NCBI GenBank assembly: GCA_963674755.2
Contig: CAXXVS010000002.1
Location: 896,001 to 960,000, forward strand
Reading direction: 5' to 3'
Length of the DNA stretch: 64,000 nucleotides
Source: Desulfobacterales bacterium
GTDB lineage: Bacteria; Desulfobacterota; Desulfobacteria; Desulfobacterales; UBA5852
Shown: one piece after another, positions 37,328 to 48,999 of the stretch
Position numbering within the stretch: position 1 is the stretch's first letter
Layout of the letters: the number at the start of each line of letters is the position of its first letter
Translations under genes and position numbers: made by a program
Notes under the pieces: model-generated
Database searches by the model: none
The model's input: only the letters and a program-made list of their open reading frames with translations
What the model was told of the DNA's origin: nothing

Positions 37328-37828
37328 TTAGCGCCACCCGACCGGTTCGTATCCCTTGTCACGGAGGCATTTCTCCACAAAACGGCGAAAGGTGGGACCC
37401 GGATCTCCCGACCGGATGACGCCACGGGTCAAAGCGCCGGCCGCCCCACCGGCCGCACCGGCTGCCGCCCCTTTGCCGACGCTGCCCAGCACAGCGCCCA
37501 CCGCCGCTCCGGTTGCGCCCCCCACGGCCGCGCCACTGGCTGTATCTTTGGCAATCTCAGCACCCGCCTGCGTATCCGCCCCATAGGTCCTTGCCAATTC
37601 CATGCAACGGTCGATGTCGGTCTCGGCGGCTTCCTGCCCAACCTGGGTTAGCTGGTAGTTGGGGTAGAGGACCGGGCGTTTCGATCCACACCCCCCCATT
37701 ATGCCCAGAGCGACCAGCATCAGCCAAACCGCAGAGGGGCGGATGGAACCAGCGCGGATAAAAGTCTCCCAATCGGATCGTGAGGTCTTTTCCCTATGGC
37801 ATCGGTTCATCATGGTCATGCGGGCCAT
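37328..37828 (-). CDS. Glycine-zipper lipoprotein
   Basis: Lipobox-like IMGGC; GAAVGGATGAAVGA repeats; CLRDKGY; start uncertain. Confidence 0.72.
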   Translation of the reverse strand: MARMTMMNRCHREKTSRSDWETFIRAGSIRPSAVWLMLVALGIMGGCGSKRPVLYPNYQLTQVGQEAAETDIDRCMELARTYGADTQAGAEIAKDTASGAAVGGATGAAVGAVLGSVGKGAAAGAAGGAAGALTRGVIRSGDPGPTFRRFVEKCLRDKGYEPVGWR

Positions 37829-37892
37829 CACCTTCTTTCTGTTTATGTGGCTGTTCCTACCATAAACCAATGAAGATGGGCGAAGCGCATCC

Positions 37893-38507
37893 TCATTTTC
37901 CGGAAGAGGAATCGACTTCGGGCTTTAAAGGTTTTGCGACGGTTTTTACGGGCATCACCCTATCGTTGCCCTGACGGCCGGAGCGTCTGCCATGTGCACG
38001 GTCAATGCGATTAAGCGCCACACGACGCTGCATAGCATCCTTCAGGACATGGTCAAAAGACTTGATGCGGTTTCGTTCCCCGGATGTTCCGGAAGAAGCG
38101 GGATAGCGGTACCAGGGCCGGAATCGGTATTGGGGGGCGTTCTGCAGCCAGCGGAAAATGTGTCTCAAGACCTTGGCGGGATCGATTGACTGTAAGGCGG
38201 CCAGCAGCCGGTCACCTTTTTGGCGTGGCATTGCATCGGAGGGCGACGAAGGGAAATCCGGCGGCGGGTTTCTTTCAGATGCGGCCGAGCGACGCTTCCT
38301 GGGCGGTGCTGCTACCTGCTGCTTTAAAAACGCATAGGCCAGGTTGGCATCCTGGATGTTTTTCTCTGCCAGGCGTTTCAGCGTGGAGCCTTGCGAATAC
38401 CGGTCGGGATGCCAGATTTTGACCTGCTGGCGATAGGCTTTTTTGATATCGGCCAGGGACGGACTTCCGACGAGTCCTAAAATCTCCTGTGCTTTGGCAG
38501 TATTCAT
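37893..38507 (-). CDS. J-domain (DnaJ-like) protein
   Basis: IKKAYRQQVKIWHPDRY. Confidence 0.82.
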   Translation of the reverse strand: MNTAKAQEILGLVGSPSLADIKKAYRQQVKIWHPDRYSQGSTLKRLAEKNIQDANLAYAFLKQQVAAPPRKRRSAASERNPPPDFPSSPSDAMPRQKGDRLLAALQSIDPAKVLRHIFRWLQNAPQYRFRPWYRYPASSGTSGERNRIKSFDHVLKDAMQRRVALNRIDRAHGRRSGRQGNDRVMPVKTVAKPLKPEVDSSSGK

Positions 38508-38538
38508 ACGTGGCTTTCGCAGCGCCGCGCATTGCGGC

Positions 38539-38934
38539 CTATTCCCAACGGTTGTCCCCGTGGTGGCGCAATTCGATCGTGTGGATATCCCCTTTTTCGC
38601 TGATCAGCATGGTTACGCTGAAGCTGACGATACTGATGATGAGCGAACCCAAAATAGCGGCCCAGAAGCCGTGGACGTTAAAGCCGGGAATCAGGGAAGA
38701 GGCCATTTTGAGCATGGCGGCGTTGATCACAAAGGTGAAAAATCCCAGGGACAAAACGTTGATCGGAAGGGTTAGAATCAGGAGAATCGGGCGGAAGAAA
38801 GCGTTCAGAAAACCCAACATGGCAGCAGCCAGAAAAGCGGCCAGAAATCCGCTCACCTGAATGCCGTCCAACAGATAGGACGCAACGCCGATGGCGCAGG
38901 TCACCGTAATCCAGCGAACCATCAATCCTCTCAT
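38539..38934 (-). CDS. Holin superfamily IV / YvlD-like membrane protein
   Basis: LNAFFRPIL.ILTLP...LSLGFF..VINA; 4 TM. Confidence 0.85.
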   Translation of the reverse strand: MRGLMVRWITVTCAIGVASYLLDGIQVSGFLAAFLAAAMLGFLNAFFRPILLILTLPINVLSLGFFTFVINAAMLKMASSLIPGFNVHGFWAAILGSLIISIVSFSVTMLISEKGDIHTIELRHHGDNRWE

Positions 38935-39091
38935 CTTGCCTCCCTTGCAATCATGCTTGAATCCCATACGCCGCCAGCCCCACTATAAACATCCCGACGA
39001 ACAATGGCCACGCGGCATGTCCGGCAGCGAAAGAAAAATGCTGCTGCCGGGATCGGCGCGTCAGGGGCGGGAACAGGAAGCAAGGCTTTGA

Positions 39092-40441
<1,350 letters not shown>

Positions 40442-40554
40442 GGATTACGACTCCTTTGGGTTTGATTATCGTGTCTGGCGGGCAAGCTTCCCCTGATCGC
40501 GATTTGGATCGTTTTGTCAGGAAATTCCCCGATGGTCGCCTCTGATCCCCTATA

Positions 40555-42252
40555 TTATATGTATCCCCGCTGCCCCAGGGCAACGAGGACCTGCTGGGCC
40601 GCTTCGTCCGGTGAAAGCTCGGTCGTGTCCACCCACACTTCGGGGTTCTCGGGGATTTCGTAGGGGTCGTCCACCCCGGTAAACCCTTTGATCAAACCGG
40701 CCCGGGCCTTGGCGTACATCCCCTTGCGATCACGCTGCTCGCAGGTGTCGATGGGAGTGGCCACGTGGACTTCAAAAAACCCACCGTATTCTTCGATGAT
40801 CTGCCGGATTTCACGGCGCGTGGTTTCGTAGGGCGCAATCGGGGCGCAGATGGCGATGCCCCGGTTTTTGGTGATCTCGCTGGCCACGAACCCGATGCGC
40901 CGGACGTTGATGTCCCGGTCCTCCTTGGAAAAAGTCAGTTTGCTGGACAGGTTGCGTCTGACGATATCCCCGTCCAGAAGGGTCACCGGCCGATCCCCTT
41001 TTTCCAGAAATTTGGCCAAAAGGACTTGGGCGATGGTGGACTTGCCGGCCCCGGATAGGCCTGTCATGAACACCGTAAAGCCCCGGCGGCGCGGTGGGGG
41101 ATACGAGCGGCGAATTTCGGCCATGACTTCCGGGAAGGTGAACCAGGAGGGCACCCGTTTGCCGGAACCGATGCGGTCGCGGATGTCGGTGCCGCTCATG
41201 GCAATGGTCTGAGCCCCCTCCGGCACCTGGTCCACGAACCGGAATTCATCTTCAAAGGGCAGGTAGACCATTTCTTCGATGGGAACGATGGCGACCCCGA
41301 TTTCCTCGGTCAGTTCTTCGGCGGCGCGTCGCGCCGCTTCGGGTGGATAATACGGGCTGCCGTGGAGGTCCTTGCCCGGGCCGGCGTGGTCGTGGCCGAC
41401 GATAAAATGAGTGCATCCGAAATTGCGGGCGATGATGGCGTGCAGCAGGGCCTCGCGTGGACCGGCCAGGCGCATGGCCAGGGGCAGCAGGTTGAGGATA
41501 TGGCTGTCCGGCGGGTAATGGTGGGCCATGGCCTTGTGGCAGCGCACGCGGGTATAGTGGTCGAAATCCCCCGGCTTGGTCATGCCAACAACAGGCATCA
41601 GAAGCAAATTGGCGCCGGTCTGGTGCATGGCATGCAGGGTCATCTCGAACTGGGGCCGGTGGAGGGGGTGACGCGTCTGGAAGCCGACAATGCGCTTCCA
41701 GCCCAGCTTTTGATACATGGCCCGGACTTCCCGGGGGCTGAACCGATTTTGTTTGAAGTCGAACCGCAACGGAGCGCTCAGTACCTCCAGGGCACCGCCC
41801 ACGTAATAGTCGCCGCAGCGCTGGAAGAGGTAGTGGACGCCGGGATGATGAGGATCGGAGGTGCCATATACGCTGCGGGCTTCCTTTTCACGCTCCACCG
41901 GCCACAAGTCTTCGATGTGCATGATGGCCAGCAGGAACCCCTCGGGATCCCGCAGGGTGACGGACTGTCCCACCTCGAGGCTCCGGGCGCTATTCTCGGA
42001 AATATCCAGCGTGACGGGCAGGGGCCACAGGGTGCCGTCCTGCAAACGCATGCGATCCAGGACAGATTCGTAGTCCGAGCGCGTCATGAAGCGGTCCAGA
42101 GGCGAGAAAACGCCGGAGGCGATAAGCTCTAAATCGCACAAATGCCTTTCGTTCAAGGTAATGTCCGGCAGGCTGAGGGACAGCTCCTTGAGCAGGCGTT
42201 TGCGTTCATCATCGACGAGAAGATCGACCAGTGCCGGGGCGGCTGCATCCAT
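40555..42252 (-). CDS. sat: Bifunctional sulfate adenylyltransferase / adenylylsulfate kinase
   Basis: FQTR.PLHR, AGPREA, HFIVG.DHAG; C-terminal GLSGAGKST, LDGD, KGFTGVDDPYE. Confidence 0.93.
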   Translation of the reverse strand: MDAAAPALVDLLVDDERKRLLKELSLSLPDITLNERHLCDLELIASGVFSPLDRFMTRSDYESVLDRMRLQDGTLWPLPVTLDISENSARSLEVGQSVTLRDPEGFLLAIMHIEDLWPVEREKEARSVYGTSDPHHPGVHYLFQRCGDYYVGGALEVLSAPLRFDFKQNRFSPREVRAMYQKLGWKRIVGFQTRHPLHRPQFEMTLHAMHQTGANLLLMPVVGMTKPGDFDHYTRVRCHKAMAHHYPPDSHILNLLPLAMRLAGPREALLHAIIARNFGCTHFIVGHDHAGPGKDLHGSPYYPPEAARRAAEELTEEIGVAIVPIEEMVYLPFEDEFRFVDQVPEGAQTIAMSGTDIRDRIGSGKRVPSWFTFPEVMAEIRRSYPPPRRRGFTVFMTGLSGAGKSTIAQVLLAKFLEKGDRPVTLLDGDIVRRNLSSKLTFSKEDRDINVRRIGFVASEITKNRGIAICAPIAPYETTRREIRQIIEEYGGFFEVHVATPIDTCEQRDRKGMYAKARAGLIKGFTGVDDPYEIPENPEVWVDTTELSPDEAAQQVLVALGQRGYI

Positions 42253-42324
42253 TGCGGGCTCCAGGAATTAAGATAAAGAAAAAAGGGCCGGATATGGCCG
42301 GCATCCCAAGGACGCCTCTGCGGA

Positions 42325-43194
42325 TTAAGATTCCTCTGGTAAGCCGTCCATGACAACGGATTTTACCACGAACCAGGGATTGCGCAAATTCTCCCTATTG
42401 TAGCGCAAGGGGGCTTCAGTATCAAACACCACCAGGCGGGCGCCGGCCGCCTCGGCAATGGCCTGGCCTGCGGCGGTGTCCCATTCCATGGTGGGGCCGG
42501 TGCGCGGATAAAGCTGGGCGCGCCCTTCAGCCACCATGCAGATTTTTAGGGAACTGCCCGCCGAAATCAATTCCACCTTACCGTGCTGTCTTCGGAGATC
42601 ATCCACGATCTGCTGGACTTCGGGAGTGCTGTGGGAGCGGCTGCCCACCACGGTAAAAGGCGCGGTCGGGTCTGAGGGGAGGGGCAGCTGTTGGCTTGCA
42701 TTGCACAGGGTCTGAAGTTGCTCCCCTCTATTGGCGGTGGTTTCGGCCGGATGACCGATCCGGCCGGCGGCCTGGGGTAATTTGTAGGCGCCCCTATCGG
42801 TGGCACCGAAGTAGAGAACATCCTGCACCGGCACGTAGATGACCCCCATTACGGGGCGGCCGTCGCGAATCAGGGCGATGTTGACGGTAAATTCCCCATT
42901 GCGTTTGACGAATTCCTTGGTGCCGTCCAACGGGTCGAGCAACCAGAAGGTCTGCCAGAACTTGCGTTCGTCATAGGGCATGTCGCGCCCCTCTTCGCTT
43001 AAAATGGGCAGTTGGGCGGATGCCAGGTGATCGACAAGAATTTGGTGTGATCGGCGATCGGCCAGCGTGAGGGGGGAATCATCCGCCTTATGCTCCACCA
43101 CAAAGTCCGTCTCGTAGATCTCCAAAATGGCCCGGCCCGCCTGGATAGCGGCTTCTATGGCGGTCAACAACAGCTGCTCCATGAGTTCTCCCAC
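42325..43194 (-). CDS. cysQ: 3'(2'),5'-bisphosphate nucleotidase CysQ
   Basis: KADDSPLTLAD, LSEE, DPLDGTKEF, SRSH, GSSLK, EWDTAAG. Confidence 0.93.
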   Translation of the reverse strand: MGELMEQLLLTAIEAAIQAGRAILEIYETDFVVEHKADDSPLTLADRRSHQILVDHLASAQLPILSEEGRDMPYDERKFWQTFWLLDPLDGTKEFVKRNGEFTVNIALIRDGRPVMGVIYVPVQDVLYFGATDRGAYKLPQAAGRIGHPAETTANRGEQLQTLCNASQQLPLPSDPTAPFTVVGSRSHSTPEVQQIVDDLRRQHGKVELISAGSSLKICMVAEGRAQLYPRTGPTMEWDTAAGQAIAEAAGARLVVFDTEAPLRYNRENLRNPWFVVKSVVMDGLPEES

Positions 43195-43292
43195 TGTTTC
43201 CAGCCCTGTTCGATGCGAACACCGCCTATGGAGCGGTGATGGACTGTGTCTTAGGTGAAAATGATATCCGCTTTTTGTTGGTGCCCTAAATA

Positions 43293-43434
43293 GTGTTCGT
43301 CCAGAGGGGGTAGATGTTGGTTCCGGCCAAGGCCGCCGTGATTTTGAAACCGGAGACGTCGCTGGGCTACAGCGAGGATTTCCAAAGAGTCAGAACGCGG
43401 GCCGGGCCGAAAGAATTTATTTATGGATGGGCAC
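43293..43434. repeat. MITE/REP-like repeat, copy D
   Basis: GTGTTCGTCC...GGATGGGCAC ends; internal blocks shared with copies A and C. Confidence 0.78.
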
Positions 43435-43620
43435 TGAATAGGCGAAATACCGTTTATTTACAACCCCTGCACATCGCTTTATCGGAGGTCTGGCGTTCAG
43501 GCGAGGGCGGTATTTAACATTGACCTCCCTCTTGCCAACCATTTTTTTAAAACGGTATAGTGGCGCATCCCAACGGGAAACGGAGTTTTAGCGATCAAAA
43601 AATCGGGGGTAGGGAACAAT

Positions 43621-45012
43621 ATGCCGAAAGGTCTGGTCATAGCAGGTACCTCCAGCGGAAGCGGCAAGACGACGCTCACTTTGGCGTTACTGGCCGCCCT
43701 GATGAAACGGGGATATCGCCTGGTGCCTTTCAAGGTGGGGCCCGACTTCATTGATCCCGGGCATCACACCCGACTCACGGGCACCACGAGCCGCAATCTG
43801 GACGGCTGGATGCTCTCCCAAGCCTATAATCAGGCGCTTTTTCAGCGCGGCCGCCGTCAGGCGGATATGGCCGTTGTGGAAGGGGTCATGGGGCTTTACG
43901 ACGGCTACGACGGCCGCAGCGAGGCCGGCTCCACCGCCCAGATGGCCAAATGGCTGGATCTTCCGGTGCTGCTGGTGGTGGACGCCCGCAGCATGGCCCG
44001 CAGCGCGGCCGCTCTCCTGCAAGGCTTCGAGAATTTCGACCCGCAGGTCCGTTTTGCCGGGGTGGTCTTCAATCGCATCGGCAGCCCGCGGCACCTGGCA
44101 TATCTGAAAGAGGCCCTGGAAGGACACGTGAAGATGCCCTGTCTCGGAGGAATCCCCCGGGAGGCATCCATCACGATCCCCGAACGCCATCTGGGGCTGC
44201 ATACAGCCGAGGATCATCCCCTCGATCCATCGACTGTCAGGCAGTTGGAGGATCTGGCGGAAACCCATATCGACATGAACCGGCTAATCGGCCTGGCCGA
44301 AGCCCCTGCCGTCGACAGGGGCCCTTCGGGTGCCGAAACGGTTGCGACAGGTGGCCGGGTCCGTATCGGCGTAGCCCGGGATGCCGCCTTTTGTTTCTAT
44401 TACCCGGACAATCTGGAATTATTAGAGGCTTACGGCGCTGAGATCGCCTTTTTTTCGCCCATGACGAATGACCGTCTGCCAGAAGACATCGATGGACTCT
44501 ATTTGGGCGGCGGCTATCCCGAGTTGCATGCCGCAACGCTTGCGGATAACCATCGCTTAAGGGATGAGATCCAAAAAAGCAGCCGGGCCGGCATGCCCGT
44601 CTACGCCGAATGCGGGGGGTTCATGTATCTGTGCCGCTGCCTGACGGATATCGAAGGGACAAACCACCCCATGGTGGGGTGTTTCCCTTTCGAAACGCGC
44701 ATGCTGTCCCGACGCCGGGCCCTTGGGTATCGGGAAATTCGCCTGGCGGCCCCTTCGCTGCTGGGACCGGAGGGAGGCCTCGGGCGGGGGCATGAATTCC
44801 ACTATTCGGAATTGATAGGTGGTGTTGATACGGTGGAAACAGTCTATGAAGCCACCCCGCGATCCGGCCAGGAGATGACCACGGAGGGGTTCCGTATTCA
44901 CAACACCCTGGGGAGTTATATTCACTTGCATTTTGGCAGCAATCCCGCTATGGCCTGTCACTTTGTTGAAAATTGCCGCGCCTTCCAGTCAGAAAGGACC
45001 CATCGCCTATGA
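43621..45012 (+). CDS. cbiA: Cobyrinate a,c-diamide synthase
   Basis: SGSGKTT, FKVGPDFIDP, VEGVMGLYDG, GGGYPE, AECGG, GHEFHYS. Confidence 0.93.
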   Translation: MPKGLVIAGTSSGSGKTTLTLALLAALMKRGYRLVPFKVGPDFIDPGHHTRLTGTTSRNLDGWMLSQAYNQALFQRGRRQADMAVVEGVMGLYDGYDGRSEAGSTAQMAKWLDLPVLLVVDARSMARSAAALLQGFENFDPQVRFAGVVFNRIGSPRHLAYLKEALEGHVKMPCLGGIPREASITIPERHLGLHTAEDHPLDPSTVRQLEDLAETHIDMNRLIGLAEAPAVDRGPSGAETVATGGRVRIGVARDAAFCFYYPDNLELLEAYGAEIAFFSPMTNDRLPEDIDGLYLGGGYPELHAATLADNHRLRDEIQKSSRAGMPVYAECGGFMYLCRCLTDIEGTNHPMVGCFPFETRMLSRRRALGYREIRLAAPSLLGPEGGLGRGHEFHYSELIGGVDTVETVYEATPRSGQEMTTEGFRIHNTLGSYIHLHFGSNPAMACHFVENCRAFQSERTHRL

Positions 45013-45626
45013 AACCGGCGGAAATCGAAGCCCTCAGCTTTCAGATCATTGATAAGGAAGCTGGCGACCACGGCTTTCCAGCGGACCAATGGACCATCGT
45101 ACGCCGCATGATTCATACCAGCGCCGATTTTGACTATCTGACCAGCGTGCGCTTTCATTCCGATGCGGTGCGGGCCGGCATCCAAGCGATCTCGGACGGT
45201 CGCAACATCGTCACCGACACCAACATGGCCCGTGCCGGCATCCGTAAAAGCGCGCTTCTCCGGTTTGGAGGCTCCCTGGCGTGTCTGATCGACGATCCCA
45301 CCGTGGCCCACGCTGCGCGGGATTCCGGCTGCACGCGGGCTATGGCCGCGGTGGATGCGGCCATCCCGCTGATGCGCAAGGGCATCTATGTCATCGGCAA
45401 TGCCCCCACCGCTCTCCTGCGGCTGATGGAGCTTATAAAGGAAGGTCAGGCGGCGCCCGCCCTGGTGATTGGGCTGCCGGTGGGGTTTGTCAATGCGGCC
45501 GAATCCAAGGCCATGCTGGTGGCGATGGATATCCCCTTTATCAGCAATGTGGGGCGCAAAGGCGGATCCAATGTCGCCGCCAGCGTCATCAATGCGTTGA
45601 TCGGGCTGGCGTTGGCCCCACCCTGA
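45009..45626 (+). CDS. cbiC: Cobalt-precorrin-8 methylmutase
   Basis: RMIHTSADF, IGNAPTAL, PVGFVNAAESK, GRKGGS. Confidence 0.93.
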   Translation: MKPAEIEALSFQIIDKEAGDHGFPADQWTIVRRMIHTSADFDYLTSVRFHSDAVRAGIQAISDGRNIVTDTNMARAGIRKSALLRFGGSLACLIDDPTVAHAARDSGCTRAMAAVDAAIPLMRKGIYVIGNAPTALLRLMELIKEGQAAPALVIGLPVGFVNAAESKAMLVAMDIPFISNVGRKGGSNVAASVINALIGLALAPP

Positions 45627-45741
45627 GGGAGCCCTCCGACCTGTCCTTGCCGTAAGCGGGGGCCTTTGCCATAGCTGCCATCCGCGTTACGAATGCTGAT
45701 CATGCCTGCCTGTCCGATGGCAGGTGGGAAGCCTGACGGTC

Positions 45742-46842
45742 ATGCCGAAAAAAAACCTGCGGTGCGGCTTTACAACGGGAACGGCCGCCGCGGCTGCAAC
45801 CAAAGCCGCGTTGCAGGCCATTTTGCACCCGCGTCTGCCCGAGACGGTACGGATCGATTTCCTGACCGAAGGTTACATCGACATCCCGGTGCATCGCCTG
45901 GAACGCCTGACGTCCACCAGGGCGCGGGCCACCGTTATCAAAGATGCCGGCGACGATCCGGATGTCACCCACCGGGCCGAGATCGGCGCGATGGTGACGG
46001 TGACAAGGGCGGCCCTGCCGTCCGATGATGTTCTCCGGGTTATTATCCGCGGCGGTCAGGGGGTTGGAAGGATCACCAAACCGGGCCTTGAATTGCCGCC
46101 CGGGGAGCCGGCCATCAATTCCGGGCCGCGGCGCATGATCCGCCACGCTGTCCGTCAGGTGGTGGGCCCGGATGCACCGCCAATGACGATCGAGGCGGAA
46201 ATCTTCGTGCCCCAGGGCGAAGCGTTGGCCCTCCGAACCCTCAATGCACGGCTTGGCATCGTGGGCGGGATTTCCATCCTGGGCACCACCGGCATCGTGA
46301 AACCCATGTCCCACGACGCCTATACCGCCACGATTCGATCGGCCCTTTCGGTGGCCCGGGCTACCGGCCGGGACCGGGTGGCCATGACCACCGGCCGGCG
46401 TAGCGAACGGCATGCCCAACAATTTCTGAAAGGGTGGGCCGACGACCAGTTCGTGCAGATCGGCGACTATTTTCAGTTCGCTCTGTCAACGGCGGGCGAA
46501 ATGGCGTTCGGACAGGTCATTGTGGCGGTCTTTTTCGGCAAGGCGGTCAAGATGGCCTTGGGCGTGCCGCACACCCATGCCGCCCGGTCGTCCCTGGTGC
46601 TGGACCAACTGGCGGATTGGACCGCCGCCTTGACCGGCCAGTCTTCCCTGGCCGCCCGTGTTCGCGAAGCCAATACCGCCCGACAGGCCTTTGAATTACT
46701 GGGCCCTTATCCGGATGTCATTGCCCGGGTCGGGCAGGGCATCGTGACGTACGCCCAAGCGTTTGCCGGCCACCGGCTGGCGGTGCGCAGCTTGATTTTC
46801 GATTTTCAGGGCGACATCGTCTTTGATTCCGAAGGAAAATGA
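45742..46842 (+). CDS. cbiD: Cobalt-precorrin-5B C1-methyltransferase
   Basis: GFTTGT, KDAGDDPDVTH, GEPAIN, GGISILGTTG. Confidence 0.93.
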   Translation: MPKKNLRCGFTTGTAAAAATKAALQAILHPRLPETVRIDFLTEGYIDIPVHRLERLTSTRARATVIKDAGDDPDVTHRAEIGAMVTVTRAALPSDDVLRVIIRGGQGVGRITKPGLELPPGEPAINSGPRRMIRHAVRQVVGPDAPPMTIEAEIFVPQGEALALRTLNARLGIVGGISILGTTGIVKPMSHDAYTATIRSALSVARATGRDRVAMTTGRRSERHAQQFLKGWADDQFVQIGDYFQFALSTAGEMAFGQVIVAVFFGKAVKMALGVPHTHAARSSLVLDQLADWTAALTGQSSLAARVREANTARQAFELLGPYPDVIARVGQGIVTYAQAFAGHRLAVRSLIFDFQGDIVFDSEGK

Positions 46843-46852
46843 GGCGGAATTT

Positions 46853-48106
46853 ATGAAAAAGCCATCGTCCAGCGCCGGCCATTCCCTTCCCATCGACATC
46901 ATCGGGATGGGGATGGGCCGTGGCGATTTGACGGCCAACCATCTGCGCCTTATCGAAGCGGCGGCGCTTTTGGTGGGGGGGCGCCGCCACCTGGCGTTGT
47001 TTCCGGAAAAAGTACCCAGAACGCTTGAGATTACATCTGATTTGAAAGGCCTGGCCGAAGAGATCCGCCGCCGGGAACGCTCCCAACCCATCGTTGTCCT
47101 GGCATCGGGGGACCCGCTCTATTATGGCATCGGGACCTATCTGGTGAAGGCTCTGGGCCGGGAAAACGTCCGTATCCATCCGAATATTACCGCGGTGGCG
47201 GCGGCCTTTGCCCGCATGGGCGAGCCCTGGCAGGACGTACCGGTGGTAAGCCTGCACGGACGCCGCCAGGAATCCCGGCTGCAAGGGGCTATCCAGACGG
47301 CCGACCGCATTGCCGTTTTCACCGATCCGGTCTGCTCGCCGGTCTGGATCGGTGATTTCCTCTGCCGCCAGCATATCCGTGACCTGACGATCGGTGTTTT
47401 CGAAAACCTCGGCAGTGATGACGAGCGTGTCTCATGGCATACGCCCGAATCCATAAACGATAAGACTTTTCAAGCACCCAATATGGTGGTGCTTAAACGA
47501 GAGGCGCCGCTGTCGGACCGGCATCCCCCCCTGCATCTGGGCATGCCTGAATCCGCCTACGACCATGAACGCGGGGTGATCACGAAAGCCGAAGTCCGGG
47601 CCGTGTCCCTGGCCCGTCTGGGCCTGATGCCCAACCAGACCCTCTGGGATCTGGGGGCCGGCAGCGGTGCGCTGGCCATCGAAGCTTCCCTGCTCATGCC
47701 GGGGGGACGCATCTGGGCCGTGGAGAAGAATCGGGCGCGCGTCCATCAGATCATCACCAATCGGGATCGTTACGGCGTCGCCAACCTGGAAGTGGTCCAG
47801 GCCGACCTGCCCGATGGGTTGGGCAACCTGCCGGATCCCGATCGGGTTTTCATCGGCGGCGGCGGCCCATCCCTGGCCGCAACCCTGGACGTAGTCTGCG
47901 GGCGGTTTCCCAAGGGCGGGATTCTGGTGGTCAATACCGTACTCATGGACAGTCTGCACGAAACCCTGCAACGCCTCAAAACCTTTGGCTTGGACACCGA
48001 CGTGGTACAGATCCAGGCCAGCCGCAGCCGCCCCTTGGCTGCCAGCGATCGCCTGGAAGCCATGAATCCGGTCTGGATCATCAGGGGACGGCGCAAGTTG
48101 GCCTAA
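46853..48106 (+). CDS. cbiE: Bifunctional CbiE/CbiT methyltransferase (decarboxylating)
   Basis: ASGDPLYYGIG, SLHGR, ITKAEVR, WDLGAGSG. Confidence 0.9.
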   Translation: MKKPSSSAGHSLPIDIIGMGMGRGDLTANHLRLIEAAALLVGGRRHLALFPEKVPRTLEITSDLKGLAEEIRRRERSQPIVVLASGDPLYYGIGTYLVKALGRENVRIHPNITAVAAAFARMGEPWQDVPVVSLHGRRQESRLQGAIQTADRIAVFTDPVCSPVWIGDFLCRQHIRDLTIGVFENLGSDDERVSWHTPESINDKTFQAPNMVVLKREAPLSDRHPPLHLGMPESAYDHERGVITKAEVRAVSLARLGLMPNQTLWDLGAGSGALAIEASLLMPGGRIWAVEKNRARVHQIITNRDRYGVANLEVVQADLPDGLGNLPDPDRVFIGGGGPSLAATLDVVCGRFPKGGILVVNTVLMDSLHETLQRLKTFGLDTDVVQIQASRSRPLAASDRLEAMNPVWIIRGRRKLA

Positions 48107-48159
48107 ACATGATCACAAGGCAATGACTTTCCTGCAATCCATCAACCGATGAGGTCGAT

Positions 48160-48960
48160 ATGTCGAACGAACATCCTCCCGTTCTTTTCGTGGGAGCCGG
48201 CCCGGGGGACCCGGAACTGATAACGGTTAAAGGGCGCAACGCCCTGGCCCACGCCGATCTGGTGATCTATGCCGGTTCCCTGGTGCCGGAGGCGGTCCTG
48301 GCATGGACGCCCTCCACGGCCCGCCGGCTCAACAGCGCCGGTCTGACCCTGGAAGAGGTCATCGCCGAGATCGAAAGCGCCTGGCTGGAAGGGCAGCACG
48401 TTGTCCGGCTGCACACGGGCGACCCCAGTCTCTACGGGGCCATATTCGAACAGATGGCCGAACTCAACCGGCAATCGATTCCCTACCGAGTGATTCCGGG
48501 GGTAACCGCCGCCTTTGCCGCGGCCGCCGCCATGGGCATCGAGTATACCCTGCCGGAGATTTCCCAGACCCTCATCATTACCCGCATGGAAGGGCGCACG
48601 CCGGTACCCGAAAAGGAAGCCCTGGCCGCCCTGGCGGCCCACCAGGCCACCATGGCCATTTACCTGAGTGTGGGTATGGCGGATAAGGTGGCGAATGTCC
48701 TGCAGGAGGCTTACGGCGCTGCAGCACCCTGCGCGGTGGTCTATCGCGCCAGCCAGCCGGAGGAAACCATCGTCTGGACCACCTTGGATAAAATGGTGGA
48801 AGCTGTGCGGCAAGCCGCCATACGGCGACAAGCCGTGATTATCGTAGGGCGCGTGCTGGACGTGAGCCTTGAAAACCTGCGCCACAAATCCCGCCTGTAC
48901 GATGCCGGGTTTTCCCACGGCTTCCGTAAGGGCGACCAGGAAGTTGGACCAGATGATTAG
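48160..48960 (+). CDS. cbiF: Cobalt-precorrin-4 C11-methyltransferase
   Basis: VGAGPGDPELIT, YAGSLV, RLHTGDPSLYG, SRLYD. Confidence 0.92.
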   Translation: MSNEHPPVLFVGAGPGDPELITVKGRNALAHADLVIYAGSLVPEAVLAWTPSTARRLNSAGLTLEEVIAEIESAWLEGQHVVRLHTGDPSLYGAIFEQMAELNRQSIPYRVIPGVTAAFAAAAAMGIEYTLPEISQTLIITRMEGRTPVPEKEALAALAAHQATMAIYLSVGMADKVANVLQEAYGAAAPCAVVYRASQPEETIVWTTLDKMVEAVRQAAIRRQAVIIVGRVLDVSLENLRHKSRLYDAGFSHGFRKGDQEVGPDD

Positions 48961-48999
48961 CATCTGTTTGCTAACCACTTTTTTAAACAACAGATAGCT

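Noticed and set aside
38539..38934. Prophage remnant suggested by the holin-family gene
   Set aside because: YvlD-like genes are common chromosomal genes, and no other phage genes are nearby.
43195..43620. Cobalamin riboswitch upstream of cbiA
   Set aside because: No B12-box or GGGAA core recognised; the structured part is repeat copy D.
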